Shown here: piece by piece, positions 30,156 through 40,764 of the stretch
Position numbering within the stretch: the stretch's first letter is position 1
Layout: each line of letters opens with the position of its first letter
DNA from: Candidatus Poribacteria bacterium
GTDB lineage: Bacteria > Poribacteria > WGA-4E > WGA-3G
Length of the DNA stretch: 64,000 nt
NCBI GenBank assembly: GCA_022822085.1
Contig: JAJECK010000061.1
Location: 10,025-74,024, forward strand
Direction of reading: 5' to 3'
Program-made: the position numbers and the translations under genes
The notes under the pieces: generated by a model
Databases searched by the model: none
What the model saw: the letters and a program-made list of their open reading frames with translations, nothing else
What the model was told of the DNA's origin: nothing

Positions 30156-30842
30156 TCATCTAATTTTGAGTTTGCCCCAAGTCGTAGCAAGTTTTGATCG
30201 GGGTGCAACATCAAATGGCTTTCCTGGACCACCATTTGGAATGTTATCACCAGTAATCGCTACATTATCAAATCTTGCTTTTGCATCACCGACTACAAGT
30301 CCTGCCTGACCTCCACTTAATGGCTGTGGATCAATTGCTTCAAATACTGTGTCATTGATTCGGAATTCAAGTGTGCCATCCTCTTTTACAGTTGCGGTTA
30401 GATCGTACCATACACCTGTTTCTGCGACGAATGGATGTGCCACAAATCCCCCACCAACAACGTCCTTAATTATTCTTGCAATGTTGTGTACATAGTCAAT
30501 AGTAAATACATATCGACTATTTTGATCACCTCTATCGTGCAGAGTCAGCCCTATGGACGGTGGTTCCTCTCTGTCTTCTTCTACCATTGCACGGCAGGAG
30601 ACACTATAGAATTCCCATTTAATATCTCCAGTAAGCCATAGGCTCCAAAAGCCGGGGGTGAAAATTTCGCCTACGGCTTCTCCATTATTTATCCACCATT
30701 TTTCTACTTGATTATCTTCATTATAGATTTCCCATTCATTCGTTTTGTTATCCTCAAAATCGTCATACCATGTTCCTGCAAGGACTGACATCATTGACAA
30801 GATCAGTATTCCCAGGACTATGGATGCTATTTTCATTTTCAT
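30156..30842 (-). CDS. Secreted DUF1080-like (LamG / 3-keto-disaccharide hydrolase fold) protein.
   Basis: Signal peptide. Size and W/G/D-rich jelly-roll-like composition; ARFDNVAI near the C-terminus is typical of DUF1080. Assignment is by resemblance only. Confidence 0.5.
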   Translation of the reverse strand: MKMKIASIVLGILILSMMSVLAGTWYDDFEDNKTNEWEIYNEDNQVEKWWINNGEAVGEIFTPGFWSLWLTGDIKWEFYSVSCRAMVEEDREEPPSIGLTLHDRGDQNSRYVFTIDYVHNIARIIKDVVGGGFVAHPFVAETGVWYDLTATVKEDGTLEFRINDTVFEAIDPQPLSGGQAGLVVGDAKARFDNVAITGDNIPNGGPGKPFDVAPRSKLATTWGKLKIR

Positions 30843-30868
30843 TTGTTTATCTCCTTTAGCTTATTCAT
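30839..30868 (-). other. Nine-codon upstream mini-ORF (MNKLKEINK) created by a 26-bp tandem duplication of the RBS and start region. Its TGA stop overlaps the ATG of the 30156-30842 gene (ATGA).
   Basis: Direct repeat tcatttgtttatctccttta(g/a)cttat at 30843-30868 and 30866-30891. Each copy carries AAGGAGAT plus ATG on the minus strand. Confidence 0.4.
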
Positions 30869-30886
30869 TTGTTTATCTCCTTTAAC

Positions 30887-33800
30887 TTAATTGACAATAC
30901 ACTGTCCGTGTGTATCGGCATATTGACACGAACTGCAATGTGATAAATTTTTTCTATCGTTTTCTTGTTGTAGTAATTTGACTGTTTCATGCCAATCACA
31001 ATAAATTGATTGAAAATCTGCATTTTTATAACTAACAGTATGATATACATTGGACATTGTATTGAAACAATTGACAGAAACACTTTGTTGTTCAGGATAA
31101 GACTGATGTATTAATAGACCGATGAGTTCCATTTCTGGTTCATAATATTCTATTCCATTCAAATTATTCGTTATAAAGTTAAGTCCCTGCCAATGTCCTG
31201 ATTGGTCTTTGAATAATCTGTCTATTTGAGCAGAAATTATGTGTCCATCTAAATTTGCGTGTATATTATGATTATTTTTTCTTTCTGACGATGTAAGAAC
31301 TAATTCCGAAATCTCTGAGTTACTGAAATTCTGAACATGATTCGAAATTTTATCAGTCAGTTCTGCTATTGATGTATTGGAATTTAGTTCAGAATATTTC
31401 TCAATTGTGCGACTAATTATTCTACTAAGGTTCTGTATATCCTGTCTTGATCTGAGTTGTAGAATGACATTGCGGATAATTCTATTTAATTCCTCCTCTT
31501 TTCTATCAATATGAATGTTATCACGAGTTGGAATTCGAAGCACATGTTCTAACTTGTAACGTAGTGGACAATGATAATAGTTTACAAGTTCCGTAACAGA
31601 ATATGCTAAATCAATGATTCCTTGGTTTAATGGCTGTATTGGTGGTTCAGGATAGTCCACCAATGTTGTTTTAAGTGATTCATTATCAGTCCTTATGCTC
31701 TCATCTAATCTTGTGATAATTGGAATATGTAGTTGCCCGTGTTGTATTGTTGTAGTTTGATTCGAATATTCATCAATTTCAACAGCTATGTCAGCAAAAT
31801 CATCTTCAATGTTAATGCCAAGATGTTCATAAAGCCATTTCAAAAGATTTTCTATTTTGCCGTAAGCATTTAGCGCACCTGATAGGACAAGACTATCCTT
31901 AGCGCGTGTAGTAGCGACATAAAATAATCGTTTTTTTTCTGCTTCGTCTTTTTCATTAGCACGATTCTTCATCATATCTACAATTTCAGGTTCAGATTTT
32001 GCATAGTCCTTATTAGGTTTTAGAGGAGTAAAACCGATACCAACTTCCTCATCAATGAATGGTTCTGATGTGCTTGCTCCGCGCCGATGAAGGCAGGGGA
32101 GTATCACTACAGGAAATTGCTTACCTTTCGCAGAATGTACAGTCATGATTTCCACTGATCCGCTTGTATTTTCAATCTGTGCCTGTCCTTCACGCGGTTC
32201 TTCTGTGATTAAGATATCCAAAAAATCGATAAAATCTGAAAGAGCATGTTTGTTTTCTTCGCTATCATACTGTCTTGCCAGTTCTAATAGTTTCTGATAA
32301 TTTGCCCATTTTTGCTGTCCTTGTATGCCTATTTTTAAAGTTCCAATTAATCCAGTTTCACTAACAATCTTCTGAATAAGTAGGTTCACAGACATTCGGT
32401 GTACAAACTGAATCTGGTTCCTTATAATCTCAATCGCTCTCTGTAATTCATTAGAAGGTGCCTGAATACTGTTTGCTTTTTCCCAGAAACTCTTACCATT
32501 TTGTAGATATATTTCGTATAACTCGGAATCAGAAATACAGAAAGCAGGACCTCGTAATATTCCTATGAGTGATGTATGGTATTTCTCTGGATTATTCAGA
32601 AAGTTTAGATAATTCCATATATCATATATCTCTTGTCGTTGATAAAAACCGATTCCACCTGTAGTAAGATATGGAATACCTGCGGTAATTAATGCCGCTT
32701 CAAGATCAGGCAGATGCGTTCTGCTCCGGATCAAAATTGCGATGTGCTCATATTTTATTCCTTCTGCAACCATACTATTTATGTGTTGAGCGATAAGTTG
32801 ATATTCGTTAGTCTCATCATCACTCCCTCCCAACAGGATTTCTACAGAACCATCACCTTTATCAACACGAGCTTTTGTAAGTGCTTTAAATGGCACATCA
32901 TATTCAGATTGTGTGCCATCACCCATCAAACATGCAAAGAAGTGATTGACGAATCCTATTGGTTTACGAAGTGAACGGAAGTTTTCTTTAAGCTCAATAT
33001 TTTCTCCTCCGTTTTCTTCAATTTTCGTTCTTGTCTTATTAAAGATACGGACATCAGCACCGCGAAACCCAAAAATGCTCTGTTTCGGGTCACCAACAAT
33101 AAAGAGATTGGCATCTTGAAGTTGATTCGTCAAAAGCATAACTAATTCATACTGAACCTCGTTTGTATCTTGAAACTCATCAATCATGTAATAATTGTGG
33201 CGTCCGGACAACTGGTTTCGTATTGTTTCATTTGATTTGAGCAGATCGCGCGTCATCAACTGAAGATCTTTGAAATCAAGTTTGCCTTGTACCAATTTGT
33301 GATTCTGATAGGCGTTTAGGATATCTTGATATAGTGTGAGCAAGTAATCCGATGTTTCTAACATAAACATATCATCTGATTCTGTCCCTTCATTATCGAT
33401 TGATGGAGCAGATTTTATCCTTGTTACCACCGATACTAATATATCAATTTCCTCTTGAAGTTGAGACACGTCAACACGATTACCGATGAAATCTCTTGTT
33501 GCGATTATATTCCCTGAAGTGGTAATCAACGGTGCGATCTGGCTTAACAGTTCTCGCACAGGCGGTAATCGTGGATTCTGATCTGGTAACATTTCTAATT
33601 CTGTGGTCAACTCATTTACTTCTGGCACATTTTTTCCTGATGCAACCTGTAAAACCGTAGACAGAGATTGAAGAAATTCGTTTATATCAGTCTCAGAAGG
33701 TAATTGATTCAAAAAGAACTCTTTCCACTTTTCTGGTATATTTCCATCATCGCGTTCTGAATATATGCTATGAAGGAGTTTATCAACTATTTCGCGGTTC

Positions 33801-34315
33801 TCAATCATTATAGTCAATAGATCGATTATATCTTTACGATTTCCGTATCGCTGTAAAGATAATCGTAATGCATTGTAATGGCGATGATTCGGGGCAGTGG
33901 CAATATCCCTTAGGTTTTCCTGTATAGTTTGATTTAGTAGAAGTTTTTGGTCAATACCTTGAACGATATTGAAGTTTGCAGGTACACCAGCTTGGAAAGG
34001 AAACTCTCTTAATATCTTAGCACAGAAAGAGTGAATAGTTGAAATAGGTGCAGCATTCATCTGTTCAATATGTCTTGTCCGTATTTCTACATTATGTGGT
34101 TTATTTAATTCTGTAATTATTCTGCCTTTCATTTCAGCAGCGGCTTTGTCAGTAAAAGTGATGGCAACCACCTGTTCTGGTGTGATATTTTCTTGTTTCA
34201 AAATTTCAAGATATCGATCAACTAAAACGGTGGTCTTACCAGAGCCTGCCCCTGCAGTTACACAGATATGTCGGTCTATGTTTAATGCTCTATGTTGGTT
34301 AGGTGTTAGGTTCAT
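30887..34315 (-). CDS. UvrD/AddA-family ATP-dependent helicase with C-terminal PD-(D/E)XK (Cas4/AddB-like) nuclease domain carrying an Fe-S cysteine cluster.
   Basis: Walker A (TAGAGSGKT). UvrD motifs throughout. The C-terminal YYHCPLRYKLEHV...HCSSCQYADTHGQC cysteine pattern is typical of Cas4/AddB nuclease Fe-S domains. Confidence 0.8.
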   Translation of the reverse strand: MNLTPNQHRALNIDRHICVTAGAGSGKTTVLVDRYLEILKQENITPEQVVAITFTDKAAAEMKGRIITELNKPHNVEIRTRHIEQMNAAPISTIHSFCAKILREFPFQAGVPANFNIVQGIDQKLLLNQTIQENLRDIATAPNHRHYNALRLSLQRYGNRKDIIDLLTIMIENREIVDKLLHSIYSERDDGNIPEKWKEFFLNQLPSETDINEFLQSLSTVLQVASGKNVPEVNELTTELEMLPDQNPRLPPVRELLSQIAPLITTSGNIIATRDFIGNRVDVSQLQEEIDILVSVVTRIKSAPSIDNEGTESDDMFMLETSDYLLTLYQDILNAYQNHKLVQGKLDFKDLQLMTRDLLKSNETIRNQLSGRHNYYMIDEFQDTNEVQYELVMLLTNQLQDANLFIVGDPKQSIFGFRGADVRIFNKTRTKIEENGGENIELKENFRSLRKPIGFVNHFFACLMGDGTQSEYDVPFKALTKARVDKGDGSVEILLGGSDDETNEYQLIAQHINSMVAEGIKYEHIAILIRSRTHLPDLEAALITAGIPYLTTGGIGFYQRQEIYDIWNYLNFLNNPEKYHTSLIGILRGPAFCISDSELYEIYLQNGKSFWEKANSIQAPSNELQRAIEIIRNQIQFVHRMSVNLLIQKIVSETGLIGTLKIGIQGQQKWANYQKLLELARQYDSEENKHALSDFIDFLDILITEEPREGQAQIENTSGSVEIMTVHSAKGKQFPVVILPCLHRRGASTSEPFIDEEVGIGFTPLKPNKDYAKSEPEIVDMMKNRANEKDEAEKKRLFYVATTRAKDSLVLSGALNAYGKIENLLKWLYEHLGINIEDDFADIAVEIDEYSNQTTTIQHGQLHIPIITRLDESIRTDNESLKTTLVDYPEPPIQPLNQGIIDLAYSVTELVNYYHCPLRYKLEHVLRIPTRDNIHIDRKEEELNRIIRNVILQLRSRQDIQNLSRIISRTIEKYSELNSNTSIAELTDKISNHVQNFSNSEISELVLTSSERKNNHNIHANLDGHIISAQIDRLFKDQSGHWQGLNFITNNLNGIEYYEPEMELIGLLIHQSYPEQQSVSVNCFNTMSNVYHTVSYKNADFQSIYCDWHETVKLLQQENDRKNLSHCSSCQYADTHGQCIVN

Positions 34316-34355
34316 TTTTTTTACTTTCGTCTGTTGAGATATGATATGAGTGCTT

Positions 34356-35426
34356 TTATTTTATAGGCAACGGCACAACGGATTCTGGAGACATTGATAT
34401 GTTAACGGATTCGCCCGGTTTTATGGTATCAGTACCAGGGTTATGTATTATTGCTTTTAGTTTCAGAGTATCTGCTATCTTCAATTCATATTCTTCAGTT
34501 CTTCCGAGATAAGTGATTGCCCCAACTGTGGCGGATAATTGGTTTAAGGCATTATTTTCATTGAAATGAATAGTTTCTGGACGAATGGAACAACTAACTT
34601 CTTGTCCTGGAGTAAAATCGTGATGTATATTTTCTGTATGAATTATACCTACTTCAGTTTCAATTGCTGCTTTACCGTCAGCAATTTCTTTGATATTACC
34701 AAAAATAAAATTCGTTTCACCTACAAAACTTGCCACGAAAGGATCAGCTGGATTCTGATAGATTTCCCGCGGTGTTCCAACTTGAATAAATACACCATCC
34801 TTCATGATAGCAATTCGATCTGCCATTGATATTGCTTCTACTTGGTCGTGGGTTACATAGATTGTCGTGATTTTGGTTTTGGAGTGTATCTGTTTTATCT
34901 CATCACGTAAGTTTTGACGTAGGGCAGCATCTAAGTTACTTAACGGTTCGTCAAGTAGCAACACACTCGGTTCAATAACTAACGCGCGTGATAAAGCAAT
35001 TCTCTGTTGTTGCCCACCCGAAAGAGTGTTGACAGGTCGGTCCCGGTATTCAGACATCTGTACCATATCAAGTACAGCATCAATTTTTTCATTTCTTTGC
35101 TGTTTTTCAAGTTTACGGAGTTGTAAACCATATTCTATATTTTCTGCAACGGTCATGTGTGGCCAGAGAGCATAATTTTGGAAAACCATACCAGTATTAC
35201 GTTGGTGAGGTGGAACGTTGATCATATCAGCCCCATCAAACATCAGTTGCCCAGCATCAGGACGATAGAATCCTGCGATCACCCGAAGCAATGTTGATTT
35301 TCCACAACCAGATGGACCCAATAAGAAAAACAGTTCACCAGATTCGATTGTCAATGAAACATCATTAACTGCGTATGTTTTATCGAACGCTTTTCTAATA
35401 TGATTTAACTGAACACTCACTGACAT
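34356..35426 (-). CDS. ABC transporter ATP-binding protein (PotA/FbpC-type with C-terminal TOBE domain).
   Basis: Walker A (GPSGCGKST), ABC signature (LSGGQQQR), Walker B (LLLDEP). No adjacent permease gene in the window. Confidence 0.85.
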   Translation of the reverse strand: MSVSVQLNHIRKAFDKTYAVNDVSLTIESGELFFLLGPSGCGKSTLLRVIAGFYRPDAGQLMFDGADMINVPPHQRNTGMVFQNYALWPHMTVAENIEYGLQLRKLEKQQRNEKIDAVLDMVQMSEYRDRPVNTLSGGQQQRIALSRALVIEPSVLLLDEPLSNLDAALRQNLRDEIKQIHSKTKITTIYVTHDQVEAISMADRIAIMKDGVFIQVGTPREIYQNPADPFVASFVGETNFIFGNIKEIADGKAAIETEVGIIHTENIHHDFTPGQEVSCSIRPETIHFNENNALNQLSATVGAITYLGRTEEYELKIADTLKLKAIIHNPGTDTIKPGESVNISMSPESVVPLPIK

Positions 35427-35463
35427 ATAATTGGCACCTCAATCATTTATTCCAAATATCTAC

Positions 35464-35585
35464 ATCAGGGCTTACGCAATTACCACAAATTAACCAATAA
35501 ATATGGTATAATTGCCATATATGCAGAATTGTGAGTTTTCGGCGCGCCTGCAAAGCACGCCTACCGTATATGCGTAAGTCCTGTA
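35464..35585. mobile_element. Degenerate copy of the CAGGACTTACGCA-inverted-repeat MITE family (termini cagggcttacgca / tgcgtaagtcctg).
   Basis: Inverted termini flank about 85 bp of AT-rich DNA that contains a GC-rich core (ggcgcgcctgcaaagcacgcc). Confidence 0.45.
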
Positions 35586-35621
35586 CATTTTATAATTAGA
35601 AACATTTGTTAGGGAATACAT

Positions 35622-36434
35622 CTATTCAATTATATCCTTTACACAACGAAAGCCGATCGTACTGCCAGTTGTGAGGTGATACCATCTATCAGAAACACGT
35701 AAATCTTCGCTGCTACCACCCCATCCACCACCTCTTAATATGCGAAAGTTCTCGTTGTCTGGAGCGGTTTCCCTTCCATATCTCGGATTGTTGTTCGGTG
35801 ATATAGAGTAGAATTTGGCACTATATTCGTCAAAACACCATTCCCAGACATTCCCCGCCATATCGTATAAACCGAATCCATTCGGGGCAAAACTCCCAAC
35901 TGGAGATGTCCATCGCCACAGATCATTTCCCTTTTGACCCCCAAAATTCGCATCGTTTCGTGAGATTATATCTCCTGAAGGAAACTGTTTTCCAACCAGT
36001 TTTCCACGTGCAGCATATTCCCATTCAGCTTCAGTCGGTAGTCGTTTATTTGCCCAGTTTGCATAAGCAACTGCATCAATCCATCTTATATTGACAACTG
36101 GGTTCTCAGGATTATTGAACTTCTCGTCATGCCAAAGTGGTGGAGAAGGGTATCCAGTTTCTGCCACAAACTGCTGGTATCTTGCATTTGTAACCTCATG
36201 AATATCAATATAAAATGCATCAATAAAAACTTCGTGAACAGGAAATTCATCTGTATCACCTATATTCTCATCGGGATTTCCCATCAAAAATGTGCCAGAT
36301 GGAATCAGTTGCATTTGTGCATTATCAATGTGAGACACAATTCTCTCATCTAAATCCGTCATGCTAATGGTATTTTGAGATGTGTTCATACATGAACAAA
36401 GTAGACAAATTAAAAGTAGACCGACAACCTTCAT
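35622..36434 (-). CDS. Formylglycine-generating enzyme (SUMF1/FGE-sulfatase domain) family lipoprotein.
   Basis: Lipobox (LLCSC). RGGGWGG / GFRCV C-terminal FGE signature. Conserved W-rich core. Confidence 0.8.
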   Translation of the reverse strand: MKVVGLLLICLLCSCMNTSQNTISMTDLDERIVSHIDNAQMQLIPSGTFLMGNPDENIGDTDEFPVHEVFIDAFYIDIHEVTNARYQQFVAETGYPSPPLWHDEKFNNPENPVVNIRWIDAVAYANWANKRLPTEAEWEYAARGKLVGKQFPSGDIISRNDANFGGQKGNDLWRWTSPVGSFAPNGFGLYDMAGNVWEWCFDEYSAKFYSISPNNNPRYGRETAPDNENFRILRGGGWGGSSEDLRVSDRWYHLTTGSTIGFRCVKDIIE

Positions 36435-36447
36435 TCTATATAAAACC

Positions 36448-37875
36448 TTATTTAATTTGTGCTGCTACCTCATCTGAAGTTTGAATCAAACAATGCAGTT
36501 CATTGTCATATAGAGTTCTGAGATCAAACCATAATTGATCGTTTTCAATCCGTCCGATGATAGGTGTTTTCCCTATTCTAAAAAACTTAGAAAGTTGATC
36601 TACAGAAGTCGTTTTGGGTGTTAGCACGATAGCTACACTTGGTATAGTTTCTACAGGAAGCGATCCGCTGCCTATCTCAGATTGTGTTTCAGATACCTCA
36701 ATAAGTACATAGTCACCAAAGATGTATTTGAGTTTCTCTACTAATTGTTTCGCTGCATTTTGTAGTTCGTCTATTGAACGAGTATAACGTTTAAGCATTG
36801 GGAAATGTTCTGTAATAGCATCTTGATTAAGATATGTCTGCAGAGTAGTAGAGAGTGCTGAGATGGTAAGTTTATCCACTCGCAGTGCACGCATAAGTGG
36901 ATTCTTTCTAATTCTTCCTATCCATTCTGTTTTTCCAACAATAATCCCAGCTTGTGGCCCACCAAGTAACTTGTCGCCACTAAATGTGACGATGTCAACA
37001 CCACTTGCAATTCTATCAGCGACAACCGGCTCTTTTGGAAGACCATATTGTGAGAGATCAATTAAGGCACCACTACCTAAATCCTCCATCGTTGGTATGC
37101 CACGTTCCACACCGAGTTTGGTCAATTCCTGCATCTCTGGTGTAGAAGTAAATCCAACAATTTTGTAATTGCTTGGATGAACCTTTAAAAGTAGAGCAGT
37201 ATTTTCATTGATAGCATCAGCATAATCTCTTAAATGTGTGCGATTTGTCGTGCCTACTTCTCTTAGTATTGCTCCACTTGCCTCCATGATATCAGGAATG
37301 CGGAATGCACCGCCAATCTCAATTAACTCTCCACGTGATACGATGACTTCTTTTTCTTGTGCAACGGTCTGAAGAGCGATTAGGACAGCTGCAGCATTAT
37401 TATTCACGACTGTTGATGCTTCACAACCGGTTAATTGTTGAAGTAGCGGTTCTGTTATTCTATCTCTATGTCCACGTTTTCCTGTTTCCAGATCGTATTC
37501 AAGATTGACATAATTTCTCGCTGCAATTTGTATATTTTCACAAGATGATTCAGATAACAAGGCACGCCCAAGGTTAGTATGTGTTACGGTGCCCGTTGCA
37601 TTTATGACAGTCTGAAGCGGCAAGCGTGTTATTTCATCAATTTGTTTCAGTACGAGTGATACATATTCAGAAGGTTTAGGAACTCTTTGTCTTATTTCAC
37701 CGCGAAGAATTTGGTCACGGATTTCTGCAACTACTGACCTTAATGAATTTGTTACGAGTGTCCGTGAATAGGATGTCAATAACTCTTGCATTTCAGGTAA
37801 TAACAGGAGTTTATCAATTGAAGGGAGTTGGGGTAGTAGGTTATGATTAATCTGTTCTTTTGATGTCAAATTCAT
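36448..37875 (-). CDS. selA: L-seryl-tRNA(Sec) selenium transferase.
   Basis: N-terminus LPQLPSIDKLL. The PLP-lysine motif FSGDKLLGGPQAGIIVG is diagnostic of SelA. 475 aa. Confidence 0.85.
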   Translation of the reverse strand: MNLTSKEQINHNLLPQLPSIDKLLLLPEMQELLTSYSRTLVTNSLRSVVAEIRDQILRGEIRQRVPKPSEYVSLVLKQIDEITRLPLQTVINATGTVTHTNLGRALLSESSCENIQIAARNYVNLEYDLETGKRGHRDRITEPLLQQLTGCEASTVVNNNAAAVLIALQTVAQEKEVIVSRGELIEIGGAFRIPDIMEASGAILREVGTTNRTHLRDYADAINENTALLLKVHPSNYKIVGFTSTPEMQELTKLGVERGIPTMEDLGSGALIDLSQYGLPKEPVVADRIASGVDIVTFSGDKLLGGPQAGIIVGKTEWIGRIRKNPLMRALRVDKLTISALSTTLQTYLNQDAITEHFPMLKRYTRSIDELQNAAKQLVEKLKYIFGDYVLIEVSETQSEIGSGSLPVETIPSVAIVLTPKTTSVDQLSKFFRIGKTPIIGRIENDQLWFDLRTLYDNELHCLIQTSDEVAAQIK

Positions 37876-38427
37876 TCACCAAGTATTATACGATGATGAT
37901 AAGTATTACATGATATTCATTGTAACAGATAATTGTTCAGATGTCAACTTATGTGTAGGGTTAACCCGCTTATTGATTTAGGAGTTGATTTTTTTCGATG
38001 GATTCTGATACAATACTAAAACAAGCAATAAATGCACTCTACATATAGGTTTATAGCGTTTCCATCAAATCCCAAAACGACTAATTCCGAATGAATATTC
38101 ATAAAACTAAATAATTCTGACTAATATGTTTGATTTTTATAATATTCTTTGACATTCAATTCTAAATTGTGTTATTATTTCCGCAACTTTTTCTTACAAG
38201 ATAAGTCTAAGGATTAATATATGAAACAGAGAAGACAACCACCCCGATTTTTCAATAAGAAACAGATTAAATCGATGATTGTATGGTATCTAATTCTTTT
38301 TGTAGGTATTTTGCTCTTAGCCTGGAAAATGAGTGATATAATTTCGTTTTTTAGATTTTAAGAATTTCAATATTTTCGCAAATGATGACAGAATGTATTT
38401 TTAATTGCCACTTAGGAGTATACATAA

Positions 38428-39806
38428 CTATGCCCAATAATAATCCGATTCACCAATCATTTAAGTTCAATTATTTCACTATATTAGGACTGTTACTTTG
38501 TCTGATGGTATTTTGGAATTGCCAATCAACAGAAAAAACACAAGATCAACTCATCATTATTTCACCCCATCCAGAAAGCATTGAGACAGAATTTGGAAGC
38601 AATTTTGAAAAATGGTATGAGGAACAGACTGGAAGACCCGTCACAACTGATTGGCTAGATGTCGGAGGAACATCTTCAAATTTCCGTTTTATCGAATCAG
38701 AATTTAAACGTGTACCTGATGGAATTGGAATAGATATTTTCTTTGGTGGTGGAACGGACAGTTATCTCCGTTTGACTGAAATGGATTTACTTACACCTTA
38801 TAAACTTCCCGAAGCACAACTTGATCAGATACCGCAATCATATCATGGGATACCCGTCTACGATTCACAATTTAGGTGGTACGGTGCAGCCTTATCAAGT
38901 TTTGGGATAATGTATAATGACCAATTACGTGCGTTAGGAAATTTGCCAGAAGTGAAAAAATGGGAGGATTTAGGTAGCCCTGCATTGATAAATCAAATAG
39001 GTGCTGCTGATCCGAGAGAAAGCGGTAGTGCACACATGATGTATGAGATTATCCTACAAACACATGGATGGGAAAATGGGTTTTCGCTCCTTACAAAATT
39101 AGGTGGAAATGTTAAGAAGTTTTCCGCAGGATCAAACGTTATACCAAGAGATGTGGGAACAGGACAAGTAATCTATGGATTAGCAATTGATTTTTATGCA
39201 TATAGTCAGATCGCTGCATTAGGTTCTAATACAATTAAATATATATTACCAACTGATGGGACGGTGGTCAATCCCGATTCAATCGCCATTCTCAAAGGTG
39301 CACCGAATATGTCGGTAGCAAAATTATTCGTTGAGTTTGTTTTATCAGAACAAGCACAAAAATTGTGGATGTTACGTGATAGTGATGAAGAGGGACCAAA
39401 ATGGAAAGGTGGACTGAATCGTGCAAGTGTTCTCCCCGAACTATACGATGCATTGGGGGATCGGTGTGTTGTAACGAATCCTTTTGCTTTGGAATTATCT
39501 CCATTTCCCTATGATGCAGATAAGGGCAGCACACGATGGGATATTGTTAACGACCTATTCGGTATCCTAATCATCGACTCCCATACAGATCTTGTTGACG
39601 CTTGGAAAGCGATTGCAAACGCTCAAGATTCCGAAAAACGCTCAGCGGCAATTGCTGAATTAGTCAAAATGCCAATAACTGAAGATGAGGCGATGAATAT
39701 GGCTGCATCAGATTGGGAAGATCAAGTTTACCGTAATGAGAAGATTAGAGAGTGGGGGCAATTCGCGCAACAGAAATATCAGAATGCTAAAGAATTAGTT
39801 GAATAA
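38428..39806 (+). CDS. ABC transporter periplasmic substrate-binding protein (SBP_bac_1 / iron(III)- or polyamine-type). The ORF track starts at 38382; 38428 (MPNNNP) or a later Met is more plausible.
   Basis: N-terminal TM/signal segment (ILGLLLCLMVFWNC). Size and composition are typical of a family-1 solute-binding protein. Confidence 0.65.
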
Positions 39807-39831
39807 TATCAACAGTGTTAGGTAAAATTAG

Positions 39832-40671
39832 ATGGAAATTGAGAAACCTAAAGAGAAATATGACCAATTGATTTCAGATGGCTATTGTGTTGTTGAAGAT
39901 GTTCTGAAAGATGACATGATACTGCAACTTCGTTCAGTTACAGATGCTCTGTTAGATGCTCAGACAGAGGATCAATTGGCTGCAACACGATCATCTGGGA
40001 GTATGATTAGTGTTTACATGCACTCGCTATTTTCTGAACTGGTCATTTATCCACGTGCATTACTTGCTTTGGATGCATTAGGTTTCCTGCGACCAAAATT
40101 CTCATCGGGATATGTTATCAGTAAGCCACCAAAAAGTCCACCACTGTTCTGGCATCAAGATTGGTGGGGATGGAACGATCCTTGTAGTTACACAGCATTA
40201 CCTCAACAACTTTTTCTAATGTATTATTTGGTTGATACAACACCCCATAACGGTTGTCTCCGTGTAATCAAAGGTTCACATCTAAATCGACATCCTCTTC
40301 ATGATATATTACCAAATGCCCACGGTGCTGAACTACAACGTGTAGATAACATTGACCATCCTGCATTTCAACATCATAATGGTGAAATCGACATATCTGT
40401 CAACGCTGGTGATCTGGTAATTGGTGATTCTCGGTTGCTTCATGCATCACACAGCAATGAGTCAGATGAACGACGGACAGTGATTACACTGTGGTATCAT
40501 CCATTTTTTGCATTATTACCAGAACCAATGCAGGCACATATTGGTAGAATGCGACAGAAACTGGAATGGTCGGATGAAGATTGGAATAGAATAGAACAAC
40601 TTAACCCAGATTATCAAGGGGACATTGAACCATTGCAATGGAACCGAACACCAGGGCCTGAACTAAAATAG
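39832..40671 (+). CDS. Phytanoyl-CoA dioxygenase (PhyH) family Fe(II)/2-oxoglutarate oxygenase.
   Basis: LFWHQDWWGW (HxD iron-binding motif) and downstream His (LLHASHSN). Confidence 0.7.
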   Translation: MEIEKPKEKYDQLISDGYCVVEDVLKDDMILQLRSVTDALLDAQTEDQLAATRSSGSMISVYMHSLFSELVIYPRALLALDALGFLRPKFSSGYVISKPPKSPPLFWHQDWWGWNDPCSYTALPQQLFLMYYLVDTTPHNGCLRVIKGSHLNRHPLHDILPNAHGAELQRVDNIDHPAFQHHNGEIDISVNAGDLVIGDSRLLHASHSNESDERRTVITLWYHPFFALLPEPMQAHIGRMRQKLEWSDEDWNRIEQLNPDYQGDIEPLQWNRTPGPELK

Positions 40672-40764
40672 ATTCCCCCAGTTGTCAAAATACTTGGATT
40701 GTAAAATCGCACATTTGAAAACTATAGTTTTAGAACACAAACTTGTCATGAATAGGAGATTTTC

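Noticed and set aside
37876-38381. Looked for tRNA/ncRNA genes in the 500-bp gap upstream of the solute-binding protein gene (and in the other long gaps at 15465-16327 and 48074-48806).
   Set aside because: No T-loop (GGTTCGAAT/GTTCAAAT) or cloverleaf-like signature is recognisable by eye. The gaps are instead occupied by AT-rich promoter-like sequence and MITE copies.
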